A DNA stretch of 64,000 nucleotides from Trichodelitschia bisporula (taxonomy: Eukaryota), in the NCBI GenBank assembly GCA_010356995.1, contig ML996688.1:186001-250000 (forward strand), in the 5' to 3' direction. The notes under the pieces are model-generated. The model did no database searches. It had not been told where the DNA came from and saw nothing but the letters and a program-made list of their open reading frames with translations. Each line of letters opens with the position of its first letter. Positions within the stretch are counted from its first letter, which is position 1. This document shows, piece by piece, positions 49,044 to 60,803 of the stretch. Position numbers and translations under genes: made by a program.

Positions 49044-50190
49044 ATGGCTTCAGGCGCTCGTCATTGGTAAGTTTTCTCTGCTTTGCTGCCTTGTTCACCC
49101 TTTCTTACGCCTTCCAGGGAGCAAGACAAGGAGGCTACCGTCTACATCGGCAATCTCGATGAGCGCGTCACAGACGCCTTGGTCTGGGAGCTAATGCTCC
49201 AGGCCGGCCGTATCGTCAATGTCCATCTCCCCAAGGATCGCGTTACACAATCTCACCAAGGCTATGGCTTCGTGGAGTTCACCAGCGAGGAAGAAGCCGA
49301 CTATGCGGCCAAGATCATGAACCAAGTTCGTCTGTACGGCAAACCGATTCGCGTCAACAAAGCTTCAGCGGACAAACAGAAGACTGTGGAAGTGGGCGCC
49401 GAGTTGTTCATTGGCAACTTGGACCCCATGGTGGACGAGAAGATGCTCTTTGAGACCTTCAGCCGTTTCGGCAGCTTGGTATCAGCGCCGAAGGTGAGCA
49501 TCTCCCTCATGACTTATAGTCCTCCTCCAATGCATCCAGATTGCTCGCGACGAGGCGAACCTTTCCAAGGGTTATGGCTTCGTGTCATACTCCAACTTCG
49601 AAGCCTCCGATGACGCTGTGGCAAACATGAACGGCCAGTTCCTCGCCAACAAGGAGATATCCGTCCAGTACGCGTACAAGAAAGACGGCAAGGGAGAACG
49701 TCACGGTGACGAGGCAGAGCGCATGCTTGCCGCTCAGGCTCGCAAACACAACGTCCAGCTTCCTGTCCAGCAACTCCCGCCACAGATGATGAATCCGACT
49801 CCGGTGGCTCCTCAGATGCCGATGCAGCCGATGCAGATGCCCCAAATGGTTCCCACTCCGATGCCCATGGCACCGCCCGCCGGATTCGGCCCCGCACCTG
49901 TGTACCAGGCTCCACAGGCAACTCACGCTCCGCGCCCGGCTCCGGTCCCCGCCACTCCGCTCCCACCTCCACCAACTGGCCTTCCAGCCCGTCCACCCCC
50001 CAGCGTCGTCGGTTACGGCGGCCCTCAGAACTTCGGTCCCGCTGGACAATACCCACCTGGTGCAGCGCCCAACATGCCTCCTCCGGGCTTTGCTCCACCT
50101 GGCTTTGGTCCTCCCCAAGGTGGTCCGCCTGCTGGTGGTCCGCCGCCTGCATATCCGCCTGGGTACCAGCCTCAAGCGTTCAGGAGGTGA
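49044..50190 (+). CDS. HSH49: Splicing factor 3b subunit 4 (SAP49/Hsh49)
   Basis: [54 protein letters not shown] (RRM1), [32 protein letters not shown] (RRM2) and a Pro-rich tail. Introns 49067-49117 and 49494-49539. Confidence 0.97.
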
Positions 50191-50746
50191 TTATCGAACT
50201 TGGTGGCACCTTATGGGTCGCTCTTTTCCGTATATGATACCCCCAACCCCCTGGACAGGATCGACGTCTGGGGACTTGCTATACCCTCATTTCGTAATGT
50301 CCGGAGCCCCTCGTGTGGAGTGTTGATGTGTGCAGCGAGGCTGACCAAAGGTCGCAGATACCAAGCCGTATGGTACCCTACAGGGCGTGTCTTTCTCTCC
50401 TGTAGGAGAAACTAAGACACTATAAAAGCAGGCACGGATGCCAGCGTGAGTTGGACGATAAATGGAAAGACATCATAATAATATTGACAGATGTGTTTGA
50501 CGGCTCAATTGAATATGTATGAACAGGTCTGATAAAGTCGAATGCTGAGTGTAGACAGTGCAAAAGCCAAGTAGTCAGGGGGCTTCCACCCATGAAGCAA
50601 GGAAAGCAAATAGAAAATGGAAGGCGACTGCCGCTATTGTCCGCAAATAGACTTCCCACTGTAAACTTCCCACAAAATAACGCCTACGCATCGCCCAAAC
50701 GATCACACCGCAACCGCCCACGCCTCGCCCACGCCCCGTCCGCAGC

Positions 50747-51183
50747 CTAAGAAAAGCTCACAAACTTAGGATCCTTCGGCACCCCATCCGCCCCGATCCC
50801 CTCACGCTTAAACCGCTCCTGCATGAATAACCGCCTCGCCTCGTCGAAACCCACCCCGCGCCGCTTCATGATGCGCAGAACCTCGCGCTTGCCCGCCTCG
50901 TCGAGCCCGGACCGTGAATCGCCGCCCTCAATGTTGCCTGCCATGTCGAAGTCGGCGCTGTGGAGCCCGGCTTCTACGTCTTCGCGGAAGTTGGTGGGTA
51001 GCTGGGTGTAGAGGTAGGTGGAGAAGGCGGGGATGGGGGGGAGGTGGTGCGCCCAGCGGGTGCGGGTCATGTAGAGCGCTGGTTGGGGGTTAGTTCTAGA
51101 GGGTGGTTGAGGGGGGTGGGAGTTTGCGTACCGACGCTCATGGCTAGGACGAACAGGGAGGCGGAGTAGAAGATGTAGCCCAT
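50747..51183 (-). CDS. DUF2015 (UPF0357/YCL012C-like) small membrane-anchored protein
   Basis: N-terminal hydrophobic exon MGYIFYSASLFVLAMSV, one intron, then FREDVEAGLHSADFD..GDSRSGLD..GFDEARR..GIGADGVPKDPKFVSFS. Confidence 0.85.
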
Positions 51184-51699
51184 GGTGATCGTGACTTTGA
51201 GGAGATGTGCTTGGGATGGAATGAGTGTCGAGAGGTGAGGCTTGGAGGATAAATGGGGGACGCGCGGCTGCTTGCGGAAGTGTGGATGAGCTAACGGGGA
51301 GCTATAGAAGTGTAAATAGCGCAGTGCGCGGATTGTATGCTGTCCGGAAAGCTCATGCCAGACGGGCTGGGAGTAAGGAGTAGTGTTGAATTCGCGACAC
51401 AGGCCGAGCAGGATAGGTGGGTCGACGACGTCGCCTAAGATCGTCTCAGGGTTGCTGGCTGCGACGGGGGCGCTTCAAAGCACCGCCACACCCGTGAATG
51501 ACATGCATGTCACATGTGGCCGCCCAGTCGGAGCAGCAACTTTATCCGCTCCGGTAGACAATTACCCGAAGAAGCCTAGCGGCCCCGCGAGGCTTGACGA
51601 AGGTCGCCCACCACGAATTCCGTGCTTGGCGTCGACCGTGATACTTTGACTTGTCGGCGAATTTCACTACTGTCCACTGTCCACCACACATCTCGCACA

Positions 51700-52310
51700 A
51701 TGGCCACCATTTCTTCCGACCTTCTGTGGCTCCTGACCCGTGAGTCGCGGATTGCGCGTCCTGCACTCTAGAAGGGGTGAAGCTCATGGCAATTCCAGGC
51801 AACTCCTCCAGCTACCTGGTGAAGGGGCGCGGCGCTGCCGGCGGCCAGTTCTCGTCCGACCCGCTCAACCTGAACAACGTGCACGCGCGCAAGGTCAGAC
51901 ACTCCCTACATGCACACAACCGAGCTAACACTACCGCAGTATGAGGGTTTCATCCAGGACAAGGTACGCCCCACGACCACCCATTCCACACCCCAAACTC
52001 ACATCCCTAGGCGGTCGGCGTAACAGCCGCCGAGGACGGCAGCATCGTAGTGACCACGAAGAAGGGCGGCAAGACGCAGAAGCCAGCCTCGCAGCTGCAG
52101 AAGAGCACGATCGGCAAGAACAAGTCCTCGCGCGAGACGTTCAAGGCCATCGTCGGCGGCACGGCCAAGCAGGGCTACCGCGTGGACCTGCGCCGTGAGG
52201 TGGTTGCGCGCGCCAGCGCCATCAAGTCCAGCCAGCGTCCCGTTCGGCAGCAGCCCACGCCTAAGCTGCGTGGCACGAAGGCTAAGAAGGCGGCTGAGGC
52301 GTCGGCGTAG
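51700..52310 (+). CDS. RPL28: 60S ribosomal protein eL28 (L28e family)
   Basis: Four exons, including a 24-nt exon at 51940-51963: MATISSDLLWLLTRGNSSSYLVK...QFSSDPLNLNNVHARKYEGF...GYRVDLRREVVARASAI. The symbol follows eL28/metazoan usage, not S. cerevisiae RPL28. Confidence 0.95.
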
Positions 52311-52508
52311 ATGGGACTGTGATGGTGTGTATTGGACGGGTTAACGGAGTTACGGGCATGGCTGCTTAGCAAATGGGTGCGAAGGCGGGGGTTGCTCCGT
52401 GAATACCATGTCCATCCGCATCTGTGCGAGGTATCGTGATGTACAGCTTGATACTCTATCTACCAAACCCGACATATACAACAACCCCAACCCCATCCTC
52501 CCCCTCGT

Positions 52509-53288
52509 TCACGAGTTAAATATCCGCGAATACAGCACCTCATGCCTCCCCACCCACAAATCAACCGCCGGAACACTCTGCCCCGCCCCCTCAACCTGCA
52601 CATCCCAAAACTCCCCCAGCAACCCCTCAATCAACCCCCCTAACTCCCGTCCCGCAAGTACGCCTTGCGCCTCATAAGGCCCCATAACACTCGCCCTCAC
52701 CGCCGCACTCACCACCGCCCGCGCCGCAGCAAACAAAAACACATACCCCGCCTCCCGCTCCCCCACACCCATAACCCGCGTCACGACGCCCCACACCGGC
52801 GCAAAGTGCCCAGCCGCAGGATACGCATCGCCTGCGCTCGCCCGCAGCTGTGCTGAAAAGGCCTTCAGTGCTTTAACCCCGCTCCCATCATCCTCGCTGC
52901 CGACGTGATGCGCCCTGAGACTCCGCTCCCAAACACCCAGCAGCGCCCTTCCCTGGGCTGTACTCGCCCTCCTCGCAACAGGGCAGAGGGTACTAGCGTC
53001 GAGGTCGTTGTCGAGCGATGTGAGGAGCGAGGGGTCCCGGTGGGCGGAGCGCAGGTAGGGGAGGGAGGTGCTGGCCAGGGACCGGAGGGAGAGGGGGAGG
53101 AAGGTGTTTAACGGTTGGGGGGGCGGCGGGCGGTGGTGCGCGAGGTAGGATTCTAGTCCGGAACTGAAGGCGAAGGAGCCGAGGGGGAGGGCGGAGTCGG
53201 AGAGGAGGAGGAGGGTGTGGAGGGCGGCGGTGGAGGTTGTGGTAGGGGGATTGGAGGTCGTGGAGGTCGGTGGTGGTGAGCGGTGCAT
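52509..53288 (-). CDS. ureF: Urease accessory protein UreF
   Basis: Motifs LLLLSDSALPLGSFAFSSGLESY, RRASTAQGRALL, GHFAPVWG, AAVRASVMGPYEAQ and GRHEVLYSRIFNS. Confidence 0.95.
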   Translation of the reverse strand: MHRSPPPTSTTSNPPTTTSTAALHTLLLLSDSALPLGSFAFSSGLESYLAHHRPPPPQPLNTFLPLSLRSLASTSLPYLRSAHRDPSLLTSLDNDLDASTLCPVARRASTAQGRALLGVWERSLRAHHVGSEDDGSGVKALKAFSAQLRASAGDAYPAAGHFAPVWGVVTRVMGVGEREAGYVFLFAAARAVVSAAVRASVMGPYEAQGVLAGRELGGLIEGLLGEFWDVQVEGAGQSVPAVDLWVGRHEVLYSRIFNS

Positions 53289-53615
53289 TGTTGTTGTGTG
53301 GGGTTGGGATGAGGTTGCATGTGGCAGGGCTGCATGGGAGGTTTGGTTGATTTGGTTCCGCGGGCTGCGGCTAACATGGAGACAGACCGGCGCTATTCCG
53401 CGCGCAAACCTGCTGCGTGTACAACATATCCTGCATGTATCCGACTACAGTGACACCTGAGAATAACCAACCCCACGATCCCACAATCAAGCAAAGAGCG
53501 TTCAAAGAAACCCCCAGAAAAACACTCCAGCGCCAATCCAGTTTAACCCATGCGAACCTCGCCCCGCAATACAAGAATCGAACAAAACGAAACGACAATT
53601 CCCCTTCAAACACAA

Positions 53616-54063
53616 CTATAATCCCTCCTTAGGCCCAGACTGCGTCTCCTTCGGCAAATCCGCAAACATAGGTTGCTTCGTCTGCCCACCAGGCTTGAGA
53701 CCCGAGTTATTAGCCGTAGCCTTTGCGAAAAGCGATTGCGGCTTCATGCTTCACATCCGTCAGCTCTACTCAACAGTATCCATTCGGTGCAACCGTACCT
53801 TTTGCTCAGCCGCTTGTTCTTGAACGCCGCTAGCTTCTCCGTCGCCGGCGACATGATAGTGTCTGACGGCGAGATGTACGTCTGTTGGCTGCTGCATCTG
53901 TGAGAAACAGTCCAAGAGCATACCACACCTTAACGCACCCATTCTTAAGCTTCGACTCCAGCACCTGCCGATGAAACTCCATAGACTGAGGCTTGACGTT
54001 GTTGCTAGCCTCCATGCTGGGCTTGACGTTGGTATCCCGTTCGAAGAGCACGTTTGAAGCCAT
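53616..54063 (-). CDS. SPO12: Spo12-family protein
   Basis: Three exons: MASNVLFERDTN..KPQSMEFHRQVLESKL / QTYISPSDTIMSPATEKLAAFKNKR (Spo12 signature SPSD.IMSP) / MKPQSLFAK...KEGL*. Confidence 0.85.
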
Positions 54064-54469
54064 CGAGTCGATTGTGAGGAGAAATTGACAAGAAAATGGA
54101 GTGAAAGTTTTTGTAGTGCTACGCTTTTTCTGCTTCGTGAACGATGAAAGGTAGTGTCTGAGCGAAATGTTCCGTAGAAGCTGTTCCCTTAAGTGGCGAT
54201 CCCAGCAGCGAGGAGGCAATGGTATGGGTGTAAATATTTGGGTCTTGGCCGTCGTCAGGACACTCGAAACACTGTACTCGGCTGTGGCTGCCTTGTCGCC
54301 TCGCTATTCGACATGCCCCCTGTATCCCGCTTCCCTTTCAGGGAATGATGGCTTGAACGTCACTTCACGCAACCATTTTGTCAAATAAGTGACATTTTCT
54401 TCTAATCAGAGCGGTCTAGATGGTATCAATACAGGAAAGGCTCAAGACGCGTTTCCGTCCACAATAAAG

Positions 54470-56111
54470 CTATGCAGTGAATGCCTGGGGGTTCCAGAAC
54501 ACATTCTGTGGGTCATACTTGGCCTTCAATTTCTGCAGCTTGTCCGTCAACTCGGGGCCATAATACAGCTCATGGGCCTCGTCAGCGCTAAGAGTAGGAT
54601 CAACGTAATTGAGGTAGGCCCCAAACTTGACATCAGGCATGGCCGTCATGATGCTCTCGCCTAACCCTTTCACGAATGGAATGGATACTGGGCCCTTGGG
54701 CGTCGAGAGACCGTAGTTCTGAAAGACCCAGAGGGAATCCCGGGCCTTGTATGCCGCAAAGTGTGTGGTCTTGTCATTAATATGGGAACCTGGACCGCCA
54801 TATAGATTGATTATCGAGAACCAGCGGAACGGAGTGTTAAGGCCTTGACTCCGGATGTGGTCAAAGAACGCACCCCAGGCTTCGGCTGTCAGGGGGGTCT
54901 TTTCGGGGACCGTCAACGAGTTGGCGAAGAAGTTTTTGTGCGTCTTGTAGTCAGTCCGCTCACGCGCTTGCTCAATTTGGTCGCCGTTCCAGAATTCCTG
55001 GCTCTGAAGCCAGTCCATCTCCCGGATGTCGACTGATATGGGCTTAGGAAAACCGCGAATGAGCTCTGGTAAGATGGTCGAGTTAAAGGTCGCAGCGGAG
55101 CCGAAGTATTGCCCGTTGACAGTGAAGTTAAAACCGTTGACTTTCATCCCGAAGGACGTTTTGCTGTCAATCACTGATGCGTTCTGGGCAACGTCCTGGA
55201 GGTGCATGAAAGCCTCCACAAACCTATCCTTGTTGGAAAACATATCTCCGAATATGATAGCAAAGTTGACGATGCTGTCAGGAGCCTCGTAAGTTATCGT
55301 GTAGAAAGTTGTCACAATGCCGAAGGAATCAGCTGCACCCCGAATAGCCTGTGGTCTGAATTAGCCACTGCAAGTACCAGCTTTGAGTAGCTGCTCACCC
55401 AGAAGAGGTCCAAGTACTCGTTGTGCTCCGCTACAGAGAGCACGGCAACCGATCCATTAGCCAAAACCACCTTGGCTCCAATGACCGAGTCGAGCGCGAT
55501 GCCCCAGTTCCGGGACGTGTAGCCATAGCCACCATGCGTAATATGTCCACCGATGCCGATTCTTGATTTTATCAGTACGTCTCACATAGCGGTACCTTAC
55601 AGTAAACATACCCGGGGCAAGTACCATGAGACATCGCACGCTTGCCTTGCTGGAACAGTGCAATGTCGAGATTGCCCAACCGAATACCACCACCAATCTG
55701 TGCGATCCCAGCGCCCTCCATGACGGAAACATCCTGAAACTTTGCGAGGTCGACAATCAGACTGCCATTCTGACCGCCCGAGGAGAATGAAGCGTACGAA
55801 TGACCTCCGCTCTTTGCTTGGACCTTGATTTTGTTCTGTGCTGCGCATATTACAGCATCAGATACGTGCTGGTTGTTCTCGGGGATCACAATGGCTGCTG
55901 GGGTGTAGCTGAGGCGGATATTGTATGGGATCTCGAGAGCCGGGAAGTCGGACGACGTTTGAATGCTCGCAGGAACATTCTTTGCCGCTAGACAGGCAGC
56001 AAGATCATTCACTGTAGAGTCACTGTAGCTACTGTAGCCCAGAGGCTGAGGATGCGCAGCAGTGTTTGCTGCAAAAAGGAGAGTGACAACAAGCGCCAGA
56101 CCGGGAAACAT
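54470..56111 (-). CDS. Secreted BBE-like FAD oxidoreductase (CAZy AA7 glucooligosaccharide oxidase-like)
   Basis: Signal peptide MFPGLALVVTLLFAANTAA; motifs KSGGHSYASF, HGTCPG/IGIGGH, LFWAIRGAADSFGIVT, AYLNYVDP and KAKYDPQNVFWNPQ. Two introns. Confidence 0.92.
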
Positions 56112-56589
56112 GTTGGGAGATGTGAGCTTGCCGTTGCAAGGCGGCGGCGGGGATGGTACAGAGAGAAGATGAAGATGAAGAGAATTTGTGAGTCGTGTTA
56201 AAGGAACCGTTAGACCTAGCGGCAGCGAACCATCATTCTGGTAAAGGGTACCGCAGTTATGCTTTAGCGTTACGCAAGCGGTAAGCGTGCCTTCCTGTTG
56301 ATGAAGATCGTACCTTCTTGACGAGATGAGCAACGGTGGGTGTTCGTACCTTCCTTGATGAAGCGGGCCAGCGGTTTCGAGTGCCTGATTCATGGTATTA
56401 TCACAGAACAGGCAATGGTTGCGATGCGGGATAGTAGGATTGGAACTAACATGCTACACTCAGTTTTTCTTGGATACGCCCATGGAACGCCGTTTGCCAC
56501 CACGAAGGGCGGAGCCCGATCCCACCCCTATCCTGCAGTGCGCCAGAACTGCAAAAACGCCGGTACATATGCACGACATGATCGGAGAA

Positions 56590-59500
56590 CTACTCCGAGT
56601 CGTCACCACCACCTGCCGCAACATCCTCCATAGCAACATCTTCGTCATCGTCATCCGAGATGACTCTCTGTGCCTTCTTCCGCGGTTGGGCAACAGCATC
56701 ATCATCGGAAGCGTCACCGTTGCCATTGCCGTTGGCATCCCCATTGCCGTTTGCAAGACCGTCGTTCTCGTCCTCGTCAAGATCGCTGTCACCAACGAGC
56801 TCCGACGACTTGTACTTGTTCGGCTTCTCCGCCTTCTGGGCCTTGGGGCGGCGCTCAAGGCGACGCTTTTTCCGAGGCTTATCCTTGCCATCCGTCGGAG
56901 CGCTGGTGCCACGAGAACGGCGGCCGCGGGATGGAGCCTCGCTCGAGTAGTTGTGGTCTCCCTCTCCATCCGAATCGATGTGGTCATCGTCCTTCTTGCG
57001 CTTGCCCTTCTCTTTGCGCGGCAGCGTGGCCTCGTACTGGACACGCTTCTCGGTGATCTCCCGATCCCGAATCTGCATCTCTCTGTGTTCTTGAAGAAGG
57101 CGCTTCTCTTTCTCGCTCTCCTTTTCAGCCAAGAGTCGCTTCTTTTCTTCAAGCTTTTGAATCTCGTCTTCGCGAATTTTGCGAGCTTCTGCAAGCCTCT
57201 CTGCGTGCTTCCCCTCATACGTGCGCTGTTCTTGGATTAGGCGCTCAAGCTGCGAGCGCATAGTACTCCTGCCCATTGCAGCGCGCTGTTCAAGGTCCTG
57301 GCGGGGAAATGGCGGGTTGGGACTCTTCGCAATCTCAGCTAGAGTCTCAACGGCGGCATCCAGATCGACCAACGCCGTCTCCAAGTCTTCCATTGAGCGA
57401 CCTTGGGGCGGGATAGTGTTCAAAATCTGTGCGATCTGGAACTGCGCATAGGCGACATTGAAGCGGAAGTGGATCTGAGCAGGCGAGATCGCAAGAGCCT
57501 AGACGCGGTTAGCATTGCTTAGCAGCGAGAGCAAAGATGGACTTACACGGCGAGCACAGTCGAGGGAACTCTTCATCGCATCCAAGCTCTTTTCCGACTT
57601 GCCACGAAGCATCCAGACGCGCCCAAGGCAAGACAGTGTCGTGTAGTCCCGGGACTTCTCCTTAGCCAAGGCATTTTCGTAGTGTTCGATGGCCCTAGGG
57701 TACTGCTTTTGCTCACAAAAGGCGTGTCCTAAATTCAACGACACCGAGGAATCCTTCAGCACCTCCCGAAGCTTCATGAAGATCTGGATAGCCTTCCCAA
57801 GTTCTTTCTTGTCCTCAATGATGGAAATGGCGATTCCCTGTGCGGCATATGCGTTGTGGGGATCGAGCTGAAGTGCCTTGGCGAAGAACTCGACCGCTTT
57901 CGCGTACATCTTCCGCCGCCGGTCCTTGTCTTGTTCGGTCTGGCGGGGCATCTCCCGCGCAATAACGAGATGCAGATTTCCCATAGTCGTGAGAGAATAC
58001 AGGTCATGCTTGTTGTAGTCCTTCAGAGTGTGCTTCAGATGACGCTGCTCTTGATCTTCCGCGGGGTTGCTGGTCCGCTTCTTGGACTTGTTAAGATACC
58101 AGCCGTACAAGGCGCGGACTTCCAGATTGTCGGGGGCACTCTGGAAGACTTTGGTGACAGCCTTAGGTCCAGAGCCACTCGGATCCTGGAGGAGTGAAAT
58201 GAAGGCTGAGCGAGCGCTGGCCTCCAGGTAGCCGGGGTGTTGGTCAAGAAGCTTAGTGTATACCGTCTTCGCCTCATCAAGCTTGGCCTCCGCCTCGTAT
58301 GTCCTACCCAGGTTGTAGCTGATTGTAGTGACAAGAGCGTCGGTATCGGCAGTCTTGTCTTCTTCTGCGATCCGGACACAGGCGCTCAAAGCGGTTTCGA
58401 AAGCGTTTTGAGCCTCGCTGAATCGATCGGCGAGGTAGTAAAAACTCCCGATGTTGTTGAGGAGCTGTGGTGGAAGGTGTTGACGCATTGCCTTCTTGAT
58501 GGCTGCCTCATCCTCCACGCCCTCCGGACGTTTGTCATCTCCCATCTTTTCGAGCTCTAACTGTTCGACCTGCAACAGGCACTGCAAACTCTGCCCCGGA
58601 GTATCCGTCTCATAAAGGCGTGCAAGAAGAAGGAGCACATTCGCGTCCGGAGTCAAGTTCTTCTTGGTATCTTTCCAAGCGAGGCGCACCTGCTCCAAGA
58701 GCGACACTGCCTTTTTCCATGCATCAGTCTTTGTCGCTTTGGGGTTCTCCCGCTGTTCGGCAAAGTATTCCTCAGCATAGAGATTTCCAAGCAGCGACAT
58801 AGATTCAACACTCTTCGTCTGGCGGACCAGTTTGTCCAGACGAAACTTTGCGTCAACGGTGTCCTTCAAGATGACCTTGAGCTGGGCCATGCCAAACTTC
58901 GCAGCAGTGTGGCCTTGATCGTCGCCACCGCGACCGTCGCCACCTCGAGTCTCGTCAGCGCGTTGATAGTAGAGCCAGGCCTGGGGGTAATCTTTTTCGT
59001 AATGCGCCATCCGGGCCAGCAGATAGTACCCGTCGCTGGCGATTTCAGGCACGTCGCAATAGCGGATAGCACGCCAGGCAAGCTTCTCGACGAAGGGCTT
59101 GTTCTTGCGCATCAGGTAGTATCCGCCAAACGTTGCGAGAGTCAGGGGCGTATTTTCATCTAGCTTGAACGCCTTTTGGGCGAATACGACCATCGCTTTT
59201 TTGTACGCTTGCGTGAAGCGAGGGTCACTGCTCGAAAACTGAGCGCTCGAATGCAAGTAGTAAAGGCCCATGAGGATGTTTGCGAATTTGGACTCAGGAT
59301 TCTAGACCGTTAGCATCGTCCTAGTATGAAGGAATTAGCCCCACCAGTTCAAGGGCACGCTCCCATGCTAGCTTCGCTTCCTCGATGTGGCCAAGTTGCC
59401 ACAGACAACATCCAAGTCCAATCCTAGGATCTGGTTCCGTCATCCGAGGGGCGCGTTGGATGGCCAGCTGGTAAACTTGAAGAGACTCCTGGTAGCGGCC

Positions 59501-60265
59501 AAGCGCGAAATAAACGCGAGCCTTGCCCAACAGCGCCATGATGTTGTTCTGGTGTGATACCCGCAAGGCAGTCTCGAAGTCATTCAAGGCAGACTTGAGG
59601 GCGCCGGCGCGCTCGTTGGGGTGAACCAAAGTGGAGCGGAGCAAGGAGACCATGCCGCGGGTAAGGTACAGCTGGGGAAACGAGGGGCTAATCCGAGAGA
59701 TTTCGTTCATGTGTCCGGTCGCTTCCCGGAGATAGTCGTCCTTCGTTTTGATGCCTTCATCTGCAATGTTTAGCAAAGCTCAACGATCTTAAACGTGGAC
59801 ATACTGGAATTGTTGGCGGAGCGCTTAGACGCGTAGAAAGCAGGTGCATCCATGAGGGCTAGTTGGTGTTAGCTTTGAAACCAGATTGCAGTGATCCAAC
59901 GAACCTGCATCAGAACGCGCTTCGCGGGGAGCTTCGCGACACTTGGAAAGGCACATCCAGACCGCAGCATGAAGAAGACTGACACGATCCTCTGGGTCGG
60001 TCTTGACCTTGACGGCCTTGAGCACAATCTCTACCGCCTGGTCGACCTTGGATTGCTTTGCGTAGGCCAGTGCAACCGTCATCCAGTATTGGCGCGCAAC
60101 GTTCTCCATTTCCAGAAGCGTACATAGCTCCGTGTGATCCTCCTGGAGCTCTGTCAAGTTGACCTCGACAGCTTCTTCCTCCGCGTCGAGCACGGGAATA
60201 TCAAGGGCAAGAGGGATGTCCGCAAAGCGCTCATTGCGGAGCTTGATGCCATTTGAGGCCGCCAT
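56590..60265 (-). CDS. CTR9: RNA polymerase II-associated Paf1 complex subunit Ctr9 (TPR protein), multi-exon
   Basis: Motifs FADIPLALDIPV, LCTLLEMENVARQYW, PDPRIGLGCCLWQLG, PPQLLNNIG, TISYNLGRTYE, HDLYSLTTMGN, KALQLDPHNAYAAQGIAI and IHFRFNVAYAQ; acidic/basic tail with KYKSSELVGDSD. Confidence 0.95.
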
Positions 60266-60724
60266 GGTTGGAAGTGTGGATGTTGGAATATGAAGGCGCG
60301 CGTGAATCCGAGGCAAATGAGTTCGTCGGTAGCTGAGCTGCGCTTACGGAATCACCATCGTAGCGAAGGGTGGGGACTGAGTTTGAATCGAGGGAATGTT
60401 TTCGGATGTGGGGGAGGAAACAAAGGGTCGGGTTCGGTGTCTGCGATGATGAAGTTTACGGAGTAGCGGGCTGGCCTTCAGTGCTTGGCATGGGGTTCGC
60501 GTCTACGCGGCGCCGCGCCTACCGGAATAACTATATTCCACTGCAAGGTATCTCGATGCAACAACTTCGGGCTGTCCCGACGGCTCGCTCCCTGCACGGT
60601 AATTTCAACCAGTGTCCGGTTCTCCATCGGCACAACCCGGTTACTAACCATGGGTGTTTTGTGCACAAAAAGGATAACAGCTGCCACCCCACAAGCTGCG
60701 TCTCAACCCGTCCTATACAAAGGC

Positions 60725-60729
60725 AAAAA
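60725..60729 (-). terminator. RNA polymerase III terminator (T5) after the tRNA
   Basis: AAAAA on the + strand, 2 nt past the tRNA 3' end. Confidence 0.8.
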
Positions 60730-60731
60730 TG

Positions 60732-60803
60732 TACTCCCGGCGGGACTCGAACCCGCAGCCTCTAGATTAGAAGTCTAGTGCGCTACCGTTGCGCCACGAG
60801 AGC
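60732..60803 (-). tRNA. tRNA-Arg(UCU), intronless
   Basis: Minus strand GCTCTCGTGGCGCAACGGTAGCGCACTAGACTTCTAATCTAGAGGCTGCGGGTTCGAGTCCCGCCGGGAGTA folds as a cloverleaf: acceptor GCTCTCG/CGGGAGT, D stem GCGC/GCGC, anticodon stem CTAGA/TCTAG with loop CT-TCT-AA, T arm GCGGG-TTCGAGT-CCCGC. Confidence 0.97.

Noticed and set aside
52509..53288. ureF as a horizontally acquired piece of a urease operon
   Set aside because: Fungi normally carry dispersed UreF/UreD/UreG genes, and this one shares the local compositional pattern.
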